Of a DNA stretch of 64,000 nucleotides, positions 1 through 8,866 are shown piece by piece. A model generated the notes under the pieces. It was not told where the DNA came from, did not search any database, and saw only the letters and a program-made list of their open reading frames with translations. This DNA comes from Nannocystales bacterium (GTDB taxonomy: Bacteria > Myxococcota_A > Polyangia > Nannocystales > Nannocystaceae). The stretch lies in assembly GCA_050633305.1 (NCBI GenBank), contig JBOEGF010000019.1, forward strand, positions 32,001 to 96,000, in the 5' to 3' direction. The position numbers and the translations under genes are program-made. The stretch's first letter is position 1. Every line of letters begins with the position of its first letter.

Positions 1-1544
1 CGATGAAGCGAGCGGTCGCATACCTCGAGCCCTACATGGATGAACTCAAGGCCGCGGGCGGTGGGGTTCGCAAGCAGGTCAAAGTGTTGCTCGCGACGGT
101 CAAGGGCGATGTGCACGACATCGGAAAGAACATCGTGGGTGTCGTCTTGGCCTGCAACAACTACGAGGTCGTCGACCTCGGCGTCATGGTGCCGGCCAAC
201 AAGATCTTCGAAGCGGCGCGTGAGCAGTCCGTCGACATCATCGGGCTGTCAGGACTGATCACACCGTCGCTCGACGAGATGGTCAACGTCGCTTCCGAGA
301 TGAAGCGCCAAGGCTTCGAGCTTCCCCTGCTGATCGGCGGCGCGACCACCTCGCGGCAGCATACCGCCGTGAAGATCGCGCCCAAGTACGACAACCCGAC
401 GATACATGTCGCCGATGCTTCGCGCGTGGCGGGGGTGGTCAGCGCGTTGCTCGATCCCGAGCGTCACGCTGAACTCGACCGGGACAACCGCGCCGAGCAG
501 GAGCGCATGCGCCAGCTCCACAGCGGCGGTCCGATGAAAGCCCTGCTCTCCCTGGGAGACGCCCGGGCAAAGCCGCCGGTTCTCGAGCGCGGCGCCGACA
601 GTCTCGAGAAACCGTCGTTCCTGGGCACTCAGGAGGTCGCGCCCTCGCTCGCCGAGTTGGCCGAGTACATCGACTGGACGTTCTTCTTCTCCGCGTGGCA
701 GCTCAAGGGGCGGTTCCCCAAGATCCTCAAGCACCCGAAGTACGGCGAGGCTGCGCGCGAACTCTACGACAACGGTCGTCGGATGCTCGACGAACTCATC
801 AAGGGCGAGCGCTTGCAGGCCAAGGGCGTGCATGGCTTCTGGCCCGCACAGCGTGATGGCGACGACATCGTCCTGTTCAACGATGACTCCCGGGCATCCG
901 AGCGGTTGCGCTTCAACATGTTGCGGCAGCAGACCAGCCGGAGCGGGACGGAGGCCTACCTCTGCTTGGCCGACTTCGTGGCAGCCCCCGAGGAAGGAGC
1001 GGACTATCTGGGCGGGTTCGCGGTCACTTCGGGACTCGGCGCGGAGGCGATCGCCAAGGAGTACGAGGCGAAGGGGGACGACTACAACTCGATCATGGTC
1101 AAGTCCCTGGCCGATCGCTTGGCCGAGGCGTTTGCGGAGTGGATGCACGAGCACTCCCGCAAAGCGTGGGGCTATGGAGCCTCCGAAGCCTTCAGCAAGA
1201 AGGAGCTCCTCTCCGAAGCCTACCGAGGCATTCGCCCGGCGTTCGGATACCCCGCGTGTCCCGACCACAGTGAGAAGCCCAAGCTGTTCGGACTTCTCGG
1301 CGCCGAATCTATCGGTGTGGAGCTGACAGAGAGCTACGCGATGACCCCCGCCGCGAGTGTCAGCGGGATCTACTTCGCGCACCCCCAGTCTCGCTACTTC
1401 ACCATCGGCAGGCTTGGGCGAGACCAGGTCGAGGACTACGCGGCCCGCAAGGGGCTGGCGGTCCCCGACTGTGAGAAGTTGCTTGCGCCGAGTCTGGGAT
1501 ACGATCCGGAGCAGCCCCCGGGCAAGGCTCGCAAGTCCGCCTGA
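1..1544 (+). CDS. metH: Cobalamin-dependent methionine synthase, C-terminal part (gene begins before the window)
   Basis: B12-binding motif KGDVHDIGKNIV, SGLITPSL, LIGGATTS; activation domain with LADRLAEAFAE and RPAFGYPACPDH. Confidence 0.97.
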   Translation, partial: MKRAVAYLEPYMDELKAAGGGVRKQVKVLLATVKGDVHDIGKNIVGVVLACNNYEVVDLGVMVPANKIFEAAREQSVDIIGLSGLITPSLDEMVNVASEMKRQGFELPLLIGGATTSRQHTAVKIAPKYDNPTIHVADASRVAGVVSALLDPERHAELDRDNRAEQERMRQLHSGGPMKALLSLGDARAKPPVLERGADSLEKPSFLGTQEVAPSLAELAEYIDWTFFFSAWQLKGRFPKILKHPKYGEAARELYDNGRRMLDELIKGERLQAKGVHGFWPAQRDGDDIVLFNDDSRASERLRFNMLRQQTSRSGTEAYLCLADFVAAPEEGADYLGGFAVTSGLGAEAIAKEYEAKGDDYNSIMVKSLADRLAEAFAEWMHEHSRKAWGYGASEAFSKKELLSEAYRGIRPAFGYPACPDHSEKPKLFGLLGAESIGVELTESYAMTPAASVSGIYFAHPQSRYFTIGRLGRDQVEDYAARKGLAVPDCEKLLAPSLGYDPEQPPGKARKSA

Positions 1545-1551
1545 GCGACGG

Positions 1552-4551
1552 TCAAGGCGCGCGCTCGCCGACCCGTTGCTCGAGCCGAGTTCGGAGCGCT
1601 TCGACAGCACCGCCCGAGGTCCCGTCGGTCAGCGCGAGCGCTTCGACGGCGAGGCCATGCGCGGCACTGGAGTCCGGCTCGGTCCGGGCGAGGGTCTCCA
1701 AAAGTTTCGCTCGCACGCGGGGGTCGCCTGTGCTTGCGCGGATCGCTCCGAGTTCGGGCTGGAGAAGACTATAGGCTTCACCGTCCCGCCTGGCCTGGAC
1801 GAGGAGATCGCTGGCGCGCTCGAGGCACTTCAGACGCTCTACGTACCCGGGGTCTGCGCTCAACAGTTCGGCGCACTCGACATGGGTGTCGAGCGCCTGC
1901 TGGGTCGCGCCGCGAGCTTCCAGCAGCTTGGCCGAGACGCCAGCGAGATGTCCCATACTCGTGGGGTCCTGCGCCAACTGGCTGCGTGCGTTGTCGAGAG
2001 CCGCTTGCGCATCATCGAGGCGCTCGCCTCGAATGTAGGCCAGGGCGAGACTGAGGGTTGTCATGCCCACAGCGGGGTGCTTCGGTGAAAAGGTCTTGCC
2101 GATGACCTCGCTCGCGGCCTCGAGCATCGCGATCGGGCGCTTGGTGTCGTCGAGGTTGCCAAGGGCGTCGGCCAGGTTCACCCGGACCAAGGCCGTCTTC
2201 AGACCGTCGGTGCCGTACGCGGTCTCGGAGAGGGTCAGAGCGCGCTCTTGGTGGGATAGGGCCTCTTCGGTCTTGCCCCGGCGTTGGAGGAGCGAGCCCA
2301 AGTTGCTCTCGAGGTTGATCTGGGATGCAGAGTCGTTGGTCCGCTGAATGCTCTGCATCTTGAGGGCCCGTCGCAAGCTCGCCTCAGCGCCGTCGAGGTC
2401 GCCTTGCGCCTGGTAGTTGGTGGAGAGCTTGTTGTCGATCTCGATGAGCCGCAGGTTGCTTGGCCCCATCGCTTCGATGTGGATCGCACGTGCACGCTGC
2501 AGCAACTCGATCGCTTCGGCGTGTTTCCCCGACTCCCGGAGAATGGTTGCCTTGTCCTCATAGGCGATTGCGACGTCGGGGTGCATCGGTCCGTACAAGG
2601 CCAGGGCAAGCTCGACCCGTTCCTCGGTCACCGGCGCTCGCTCCTGGGTGGGCGCGCCTTCGTGCATCATGACGGCCGCGAGGGTCGAGATCACGGCATA
2701 GCGCGGGTACTGGAGGGAACCGTCCGTTGCGGGCAGTTCGGTGAGGGCCGCGTCGGCTTCTCGGTGGGCGTCCTTGTACCGCCCGAGGTGTAAGTAGGTC
2801 CGGGCCTTGACCATGGCGATCATGTGGGCGGGGACCTCGGTGTTGGTCGCACGTTTTGCCTGCGTCTCGACGATCTCGAGCCAGCGAACCGCCTGCTCTT
2901 CATGGCGGAGCTGGGCGTGCGTCGGAGCGATCTGCTGCGCGGTGTTGATTGCGAGCATCTCCAGGCCGTTTGCCGTAGCGACAAAGTAGGCTTGTTCGCG
3001 GAGCTCGAGCGCGAGTTCCACGTTTCCGCGCTCGCCGACGATGTCCGCTCGTGCCAGCAGCGTACGTGCGAGGAGCGTTGGCTGACCGAGCCTGAGGGCG
3101 AGGCTCGAGGCTCGGGTCGCAAGGGCGTCGGACTCGAGGTACTTGCCCACGTTGATGTGCGCGGTCGCGGCCTCGAGGAGTGCCAGGACCTCCTGCTGCT
3201 CCGGCGTGAGATGTCCGTCCGTCGAGTCGAGGCATGTGTCTGGCGGTGGGAGGTTCGCGATGAGGGCCGGAGCTTTGCGTGTCACGTCGGGGTCCCCGTC
3301 GCGCAGCAGGTCAACCCGTGCATGAAAGCCGTCCCGCAACCGAGTCAGGCATGTGGCTGTCGCGGGCTCACCTTGCGGAGCCTCTCCTGCACCGCAGTAG
3401 GCGTCCCGCTGTGAGTCCCACGCGTTCGCGAACTGGTCGAGGTCCTGGACGATTTTTCGCGAAGACAGGCGGTCGAGCGCACCGAGTGCGCCCTTGACCT
3501 CGAGCTTGTTCTGGGCCGTCCATCCGATGTGCGGCTCGAGGTCACACGAGGACGGTGTGTCACGGGCCACGGCGACGAGGCCAGCGGTACCGACAAGTCC
3601 GAGCGAGAGGGCGACGACAGGCCATCGTCGCCGCGGCGTAGCCGTGAGGGCCTCGACCAGCGCGGTCATCGACTCGAAGCGCTGGCTCGGGTCGGTCGAG
3701 AGCCCCCGCTCGAGAGCCCAAAGAATGTGCTTGGGGACCCCCCGGGTGTTTCGGGGCCACGCGATCTTCGCGAGCGCGAGGGTGGCCAGGCGGGCGTGGG
3801 CATTCAAGGCGAGATACGGGCGCTTGCCGAACAGCCCCTCGAACAGCGTCGCGCAGAAGGAGTACTGGTCTGCGCGGGCATCGAGATCGAGTCCGAGGAG
3901 CTGCTCAGGAGCCATGAAGGCCGGCGTCCCGACCGCAGCTCCGGCCCGCGTGACCCGGTCTTCACTGTTGGAGACATCGCCGGAGGCCTCCGCACTCCGA
4001 GTACTTCCGTCGCGGATCGCCAGCCCGAAGTCGGCAACCTTCGCCTCACCCTCGCGGGTGACGAGGACATTCTCCGGTTTGAAGTCGCGGTGAATGATGT
4101 CTGCGCGGTGGGCCGCGGACAGTCCCGCTGCAGCGCCGAGGTAGAATTTCAGGACCTCCCGCCAGGGCCGAAGAGCTCCGCTCCCGAACCGCCTCTTCGC
4201 GGTGCCGCCATCAACGACTTCCATCGCGATGTACAGAAGGCCGTCGTGCTCACCGACGTCATAGATCTCCAAGACGTTGGGGTGGTGGAGGGCTGCTAGC
4301 GCCTTCGCCTCGCGGCGGTGACGAACGACCGTGGTCTCGCTCGCATCGAAACACAGCTTGAGGGCGAGTTCCCGATCCAGCTGGGGGTCGTACGCGAGGT
4401 AGACGATCCCCATGCCTCCACGTCCAAGGGTGCGTAGAACTCGGTAGCGGCCCGCCATGACCGGTGTCTGGGACGCTTGGTCCGTGCGGATGCCCGCGCC
4501 GAGCGTCGTGTCCCCGGTCCCCTCGGCGGGAACGGTACGCTGGTCGTTCAC
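1552..4551 (-). CDS. Membrane Ser/Thr protein kinase with C-terminal TPR repeats
   Basis: GRGGMGIV, LALK, HRDFKPEN, DFGLA, GTPAFMAPE; one TM segment, then helical TPR-like repeats (YGPMHPDVA). GTG start at 4551 is an estimate; the ORF is open to 4566. Confidence 0.92.
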   Translation of the reverse strand: MNDQRTVPAEGTGDTTLGAGIRTDQASQTPVMAGRYRVLRTLGRGGMGIVYLAYDPQLDRELALKLCFDASETTVVRHRREAKALAALHHPNVLEIYDVGEHDGLLYIAMEVVDGGTAKRRFGSGALRPWREVLKFYLGAAAGLSAAHRADIIHRDFKPENVLVTREGEAKVADFGLAIRDGSTRSAEASGDVSNSEDRVTRAGAAVGTPAFMAPEQLLGLDLDARADQYSFCATLFEGLFGKRPYLALNAHARLATLALAKIAWPRNTRGVPKHILWALERGLSTDPSQRFESMTALVEALTATPRRRWPVVALSLGLVGTAGLVAVARDTPSSCDLEPHIGWTAQNKLEVKGALGALDRLSSRKIVQDLDQFANAWDSQRDAYCGAGEAPQGEPATATCLTRLRDGFHARVDLLRDGDPDVTRKAPALIANLPPPDTCLDSTDGHLTPEQQEVLALLEAATAHINVGKYLESDALATRASSLALRLGQPTLLARTLLARADIVGERGNVELALELREQAYFVATANGLEMLAINTAQQIAPTHAQLRHEEQAVRWLEIVETQAKRATNTEVPAHMIAMVKARTYLHLGRYKDAHREADAALTELPATDGSLQYPRYAVISTLAAVMMHEGAPTQERAPVTEERVELALALYGPMHPDVAIAYEDKATILRESGKHAEAIELLQRARAIHIEAMGPSNLRLIEIDNKLSTNYQAQGDLDGAEASLRRALKMQSIQRTNDSASQINLESNLGSLLQRRGKTEEALSHQERALTLSETAYGTDGLKTALVRVNLADALGNLDDTKRPIAMLEAASEVIGKTFSPKHPAVGMTTLSLALAYIRGERLDDAQAALDNARSQLAQDPTSMGHLAGVSAKLLEARGATQQALDTHVECAELLSADPGYVERLKCLERASDLLVQARRDGEAYSLLQPELGAIRASTGDPRVRAKLLETLARTEPDSSAAHGLAVEALALTDGTSGGAVEALRTRLEQRVGERAP

Positions 4552-4605
4552 ACCACCAGTGTACAAGGCGGCTCGAAGTCTCTCGGGAGCTACGCTCTCG
4601 GGGCC

Positions 4606-4625
4606 CGACCCCGGGTCCGGGGTCG
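4606..4625. repeat. Short GC-rich intergenic hairpin between the phosphatase and kinase genes
   Basis: cgaccccgg-gt-ccggggtcg perfect inverted repeat, no U-tract. Confidence 0.5.
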
Positions 4626-4627
4626 TC

Positions 4628-5401
4628 CTAGACGACGCGGCGCATGACGATGGCCGAAATGTTGTCCGGCCCTCCGGCCTTGTTGGCCGTTTCGATCAGA
4701 CGACGAGATGCGTCGCGGACGTCACGTTGGCCGACGAGGGGGACGAGTTCTTCCAACGTGACGACGTCGCTGAGTCCGTCGCTACAGATGAGGATGTTGT
4801 CCCCCTTGTCGAGTTCGATCTCGCGAACATCGGCGTCGCTTTTTTCTTTGCCGTGGCCGAGGCACCGGCTGATGCGACCGCGGTAGGGATGGTTGGAAGC
4901 TTGCGCCGGCGTGAGCAGCCCTTGCTCGACGAGCTCTTGAACCATCGTGTGGTCGACGGTGATCTGCTCTCCGCCGTCGGCCCGCATTCGATACGCTCGG
5001 GAGTCCCCCGCGTGCGCGACCCAAAGGCGCTCGCGAATACCCAGGACGGCCACGCACGTGCATCCCATGCCGTGAGCGTTGGGGTTGTGGGCGGCGGTGT
5101 CGTCGATCGCTTGGCCTGCGCGCGCGAACGCCTCGTGCAGGAGGACTTCGGGGGCAGCCCGACCGAAGTTCTGGGCGATGAAGTCTCCGATGACCCCCAC
5201 GGCGAGTGCCGAGGCAACCTCGCCCGCGCTGTGACCGCCCATGCCGTCGCAGACGATCGACAGGTGGTAGCCCCGCCCGTCGTCCTCCTGAATCGCGATC
5301 GCGTCCTCGTTGTGGTCGCGTGCGATCCCCGTATCGCAGGCGCCGGACACCTGAATCTCGAACAGTCCTGGGATGTGCGAGCGCTTGAACAGCTTGTACA
5401 T
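4628..5401 (-). CDS. PP2C-family Ser/Thr protein phosphatase (Stp1/PrpC-like)
   Basis: RDHNED, VCDGMGGH, AHAGDSRAY, LICSDGL and GGPDNIS motifs; co-oriented upstream of the kinase. Confidence 0.95.
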   Translation of the reverse strand: MYKLFKRSHIPGLFEIQVSGACDTGIARDHNEDAIAIQEDDGRGYHLSIVCDGMGGHSAGEVASALAVGVIGDFIAQNFGRAAPEVLLHEAFARAGQAIDDTAAHNPNAHGMGCTCVAVLGIRERLWVAHAGDSRAYRMRADGGEQITVDHTMVQELVEQGLLTPAQASNHPYRGRISRCLGHGKEKSDADVREIELDKGDNILICSDGLSDVVTLEELVPLVGQRDVRDASRRLIETANKAGGPDNISAIVMRRVV

Positions 5402-5490
5402 CGATCGGTCCCCACCGGAAGTATACGGGCTACGATCGGCCAGACGATCACCAAACGGCGACCAGGGACATCGACGACTAGGGACTCCAC

Positions 5491-5521
5491 GAAAAAACCC
5501 CGAGGCCTGTCCTCGAGGTTT
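5491..5521 (-). terminator. Probable Rho-independent terminator downstream of tRNA-Ala
   Basis: Minus strand AAACCUCGAGG-ACAGG-CCUCGGGGUUU stem (one G-U pair) running into a U6 tract. Confidence 0.65.
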
Positions 5522-5578
5522 CCCCGTTGGCCGAGCCTTCGAGGTTTCCCCCGGAGGCCTTGCCTCAAGATTTCACAG

Positions 5579-5651
5579 TGGAGCCGAGGGGGATCGAACC
5601 CCTGACCTGTGCATTGCGAACGCACCGCTCTCCCAGCTGAGCTACGGCCCC
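5579..5651 (-). tRNA. tRNA-Ala (anticodon CGC), CCA not encoded
   Basis: Reverse complement GGGGCCGTAGCTCAGCTGGGAGAGCGGTGCGTTCGCAATGCACAGGTCAGGGGTTCGATCCCCCTCGGCTCCA folds as a cloverleaf with a G3:U70 pair, GTTCGA T-loop and anticodon loop TT-CGC-AA. Confidence 0.96.
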
Positions 5652-5906
5652 GTTTTCGAGGCCGGAACGTATCCGAGCCCAACGGGGCGTGCAAGGCGGA
5701 TCGTCAGTCGTGCTCGGCCGGAATTACGGGCTGCGCGTCCGGCGGGGCTGGCTCGGCGCGCCGATTTCTGCGAAACCCGACCACGAGCCCCCACACTCCG
5801 TACGCGGTGATCACGGCGATGAGCGCCCAGATCGATCGGTCCTCGGGACGCGCAAGACGCTCGAGAAACTCGCGCACCGTTGGAGGCTACACGCAAAGGG
5901 ACATCG

Positions 5907-6662
5907 GTGGGGAAGGGGACCAACAAGGAACGACTCGACAAGCTGCTGGTGGCGCGGGAGCTGGTCGAGACGCGCACTCGTGCGCAAGCGCTCATCATGG
6001 CGGGCAAGGTTCGCGTCAAGGAGCAGACGGTCGACAAGCCGGGTACCGCGGTTCCGGTCGATGCCGAGATCACCGTCGTCGGCGAGTTGCACCCCTACGT
6101 GTCCCGAGGGGGCGTGAAGCTGGCCGGAGCGCTCGATGTGTTTTCGGAGCTGGACGTCTCGGGGCGGGTCGCGATGGACGTGGGGGCCTCGACGGGGGGA
6201 TTCACAGACTGCCTGCTGCAGCGGGGGGTCTCCAAGGTCTTTGCGATCGACGTGGGCTACGGTCAGCTGGCGTGGAGACTCGCCTCCGACGACCGTGTGG
6301 TGGTCCTCGACCGCCAAAACATCCGAAAGCTGAAGACCGAACAGATCCCAGAGCCCATCTCTCTGTTCGTCGCGGATTGCTCGTTTATCGCGTTGGCCAA
6401 GGTGTTGCCGCACCTGCCGCCCTTCCTGTCTGCGGGGGCGGATGCGGTCGTGCTGGTGAAGCCCCAGTTCGAGCTCGAACCGGGCCGAGTCGGCAAGGGG
6501 GGCATCGTTCGGGACGACGAGGCGCGGGCCGACGCGGTCGCCTCGGTGAAAGCAGCCGCACAGGCGTGCGGGTTCGAGTGCCGTGGCGAGGTGACATCCC
6601 CGATTTCCGGCCGCGATGGTAACGTGGAGTTTCTGCTCTGGCTCCGTTGGACGCCGTCATGA
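5907..6662 (+). CDS. tlyA: TlyA-family rRNA 2'-O-methyltransferase (S4 + FtsJ domains)
   Basis: KERLDKLLV, YVSRGGVKL, DVGASTGGFTD, DVGYGQL, VKPQFE, GNVEFL; GTG start estimated. Confidence 0.95.
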   Translation: MGKGTNKERLDKLLVARELVETRTRAQALIMAGKVRVKEQTVDKPGTAVPVDAEITVVGELHPYVSRGGVKLAGALDVFSELDVSGRVAMDVGASTGGFTDCLLQRGVSKVFAIDVGYGQLAWRLASDDRVVVLDRQNIRKLKTEQIPEPISLFVADCSFIALAKVLPHLPPFLSAGADAVVLVKPQFELEPGRVGKGGIVRDDEARADAVASVKAAAQACGFECRGEVTSPISGRDGNVEFLLWLRWTPS

Positions 6663-6991
6663 CCGAACTGCAAGCTCCCAGCCTCAATGGAAAAGACCGC
6701 GCCTTTCTGCGGTCACTCGCCCACGACCTCAACCCCCTGGTGCAGGTCGGCATGGACGGGGTGAGCGAAGGCGTTCAAGAAGCCGTCGCGGTGGTGCTCG
6801 AGGAACACGAGCTGATCAAGATCCGCTTCGGCCAGAACTTCGAGGGGGACCGGAAGGAGGCCAGCGCAGCGCTGGCCCAAGCGGTCGGTGCCGACCTCAC
6901 CCAGGTGATCGGCCGCGTTGCCGTTCTGTATCGGCCCCGCGGCAAAGATCTGCCGACGCGACCGCAGATCAAGCTCCCGACCAAACGTTAG
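6659..6991 (+). CDS. yhbY: YhbY/CRS1 ribosome-assembly RNA-binding protein
   Basis: FLRSLAHDLNPLVQVG, HELIKI, QVIGRVAVLYR; ATGA overlap with the tlyA stop. Confidence 0.92.
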   Translation: MTELQAPSLNGKDRAFLRSLAHDLNPLVQVGMDGVSEGVQEAVAVVLEEHELIKIRFGQNFEGDRKEASAALAQAVGADLTQVIGRVAVLYRPRGKDLPTRPQIKLPTKR

Positions 6992-7051
6992 GCCCGTCGA
7001 ACAACGCTTCTCGGTGGTCGTTTGGGCCCGCGCCGTGGCGGGAGCCGGGCT

Positions 7052-8866
7052 ATGCTTGGTGCGATGATGCGCGCCACTTTGCTCGGTCTCGCGGCTTTGC
7101 TAACGCTCGGCTGCAGGCCCGGCATTGCGAGCCAGCCGGACCCGGCGGTTTGGGGCGCGCCCAGCCGCGGCGGCGCCAACAAGAAACGCGTACGCATCGA
7201 GCGCGCCAAGGCTGCCGTCGGGGAGCAGGCGCCCGTGCTCGCGATGCTGCAGGGCGAACTCGACCGCAACTTCGATCAGCTGCGTGGTGACGCGGTCGAG
7301 GAGCCGGCGTACTACCTGGGATACGAACTCACCGACCGGACCGAGCTGTGGATGGTGGCCGAAGGCGGCGCCATGCTCCGAGATCAGATCGACCGCGACC
7401 GGGCCGTCGATGTGGATGTGCGCGTGGGCTCGGAGAAGCTCGACAACAGCCACGCGGTCGATGGCGACTACGGGCCGGGCAACGGTCTAGGCTCGGGCCT
7501 CCCAGTGTCCCTTGGGGACGACAGTCTTTCGTTGGCGCAAGGGCTGTGGATCGATACCGACGCCCAGTATCAACAGGCCGTCGCTGCCTATCGCGAGGTG
7601 CTCAGCATGGAGCAGCTGCGCAGCGAGGGGGACGGCGAGGCTCACCCCGACTTCTCGCTCGGGGAGCCTCTGGAGCATGTCGAGCCAGAAGCTTCCCTCG
7701 ACCTGGTCGCGTTGCAGGACCAGTACCGGCCTATCTTGGCCGAAGTCTCCGGCGAGCTTGCCGGGGACGATGCGGTTCTTCAGAGCACCGTCTCCGTCTC
7801 TGCGGTCGTCGACAACACCTACCTCGTGGACAGCCACGGCAACCGTGTGCAGGCGGCGAGCACCCGTCTTCGGATCCTCTTCGGCGCGGTGGGTCAGGCT
7901 GACGACGGGATGATGCTTCAGCGGACTGCCTCGTTCGAAGCCCATCTTCCGGAGCAACTGCCTTCGGCTGAGACCCTCCGCGAGACCGCGACGCGGCTGC
8001 GCGACGAGTTGGTCGCGCTGCGAAAGGCCCCGATCGCCGACCCCTACACCGGCCCGGCGATTCTCGAAGGCCGGGCCGCCGGCGTCTTCTTCCACGAAAT
8101 CTTCGGCCATCGCCTCGAGGGACATCGCCAGAAGGATGACCTCGAAGGTCAGACCTTCACCGAGATGCTGGACCAGCCCGTGCTGCCCAAGTTCCTCGAT
8201 GTGATCGACGACCCCACCGTGTCGATGCTCGGGGGCATTCCCATGTCTGGGCACTACTTCGTCGACAACGAAGGTGTGAAGTCCCGGCGCTCGGTGCTGG
8301 TGGACCGGGGCAAGCTCAAGGGGTTCCTGCTGAGTCGCTCGTTGGTCTCTCCGTTCCGCAAGAGCAACGGCCACGGTCGGCGCGAGCCTGGCAACCAGGT
8401 CGTGGCGCGCCAGGGCAACCTCATCGTCAGCTCGCGACGCTCGATGAGCACCAGGGAGCTGCGCAAGGCGCTGATCGAAGAAGTCAAGCGCCAGAAGAAA
8501 CCCTACGGACTCGTCTTCAAGGACATCGAAGGGGGCTACACGATCACCGACCGCAGTGGGCCGCAGGCGTTCAAGGTGCAGCCGTTGATGGTCTACCGCG
8601 TCTACCCAGACGGGCGCCCCGACGAACTCGTTCGCGGCGTCGAGATCGTCGGCACCCCGCTCTCCGCGTTCGAGACCATTGTCGCGACCGACGACACCCC
8701 GGGAATCTTCAACGGGATGTGTGGCGCCGAGTCTGGATGGGTTCCGGTGAGCGCGGTCAGTCCATCGCTTCTGCTTCGAGGGATCGAGATCGAGCGGGCC
8801 GCCCACGACAGGGATCGGCCTCCGCTCCTCGACCCGCCGCCCCGTGCGATTCGGAGGTCCAAATGA
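7052..8866 (+). CDS. tldD: TldD-family metallopeptidase, probable lipoprotein
   Basis: VFFHEIFGHRLE (HExxGH), DNEGV, SNGHGR, GMCGAESG; N-terminal hydrophobic stretch with LTLGC lipobox. Confidence 0.85.
   Translation: MLGAMMRATLLGLAALLTLGCRPGIASQPDPAVWGAPSRGGANKKRVRIERAKAAVGEQAPVLAMLQGELDRNFDQLRGDAVEEPAYYLGYELTDRTELWMVAEGGAMLRDQIDRDRAVDVDVRVGSEKLDNSHAVDGDYGPGNGLGSGLPVSLGDDSLSLAQGLWIDTDAQYQQAVAAYREVLSMEQLRSEGDGEAHPDFSLGEPLEHVEPEASLDLVALQDQYRPILAEVSGELAGDDAVLQSTVSVSAVVDNTYLVDSHGNRVQAASTRLRILFGAVGQADDGMMLQRTASFEAHLPEQLPSAETLRETATRLRDELVALRKAPIADPYTGPAILEGRAAGVFFHEIFGHRLEGHRQKDDLEGQTFTEMLDQPVLPKFLDVIDDPTVSMLGGIPMSGHYFVDNEGVKSRRSVLVDRGKLKGFLLSRSLVSPFRKSNGHGRREPGNQVVARQGNLIVSSRRSMSTRELRKALIEEVKRQKKPYGLVFKDIEGGYTITDRSGPQAFKVQPLMVYRVYPDGRPDELVRGVEIVGTPLSAFETIVATDDTPGIFNGMCGAESGWVPVSAVSPSLLLRGIEIERAAHDRDRPPLLDPPPRAIRRSK

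Noticed and set aside
5400..5900. Prophage or integrative element at tRNA-Ala
   Set aside because: No integrase or phage genes flank the tRNA; only a short degenerate duplication is present, reported separately.
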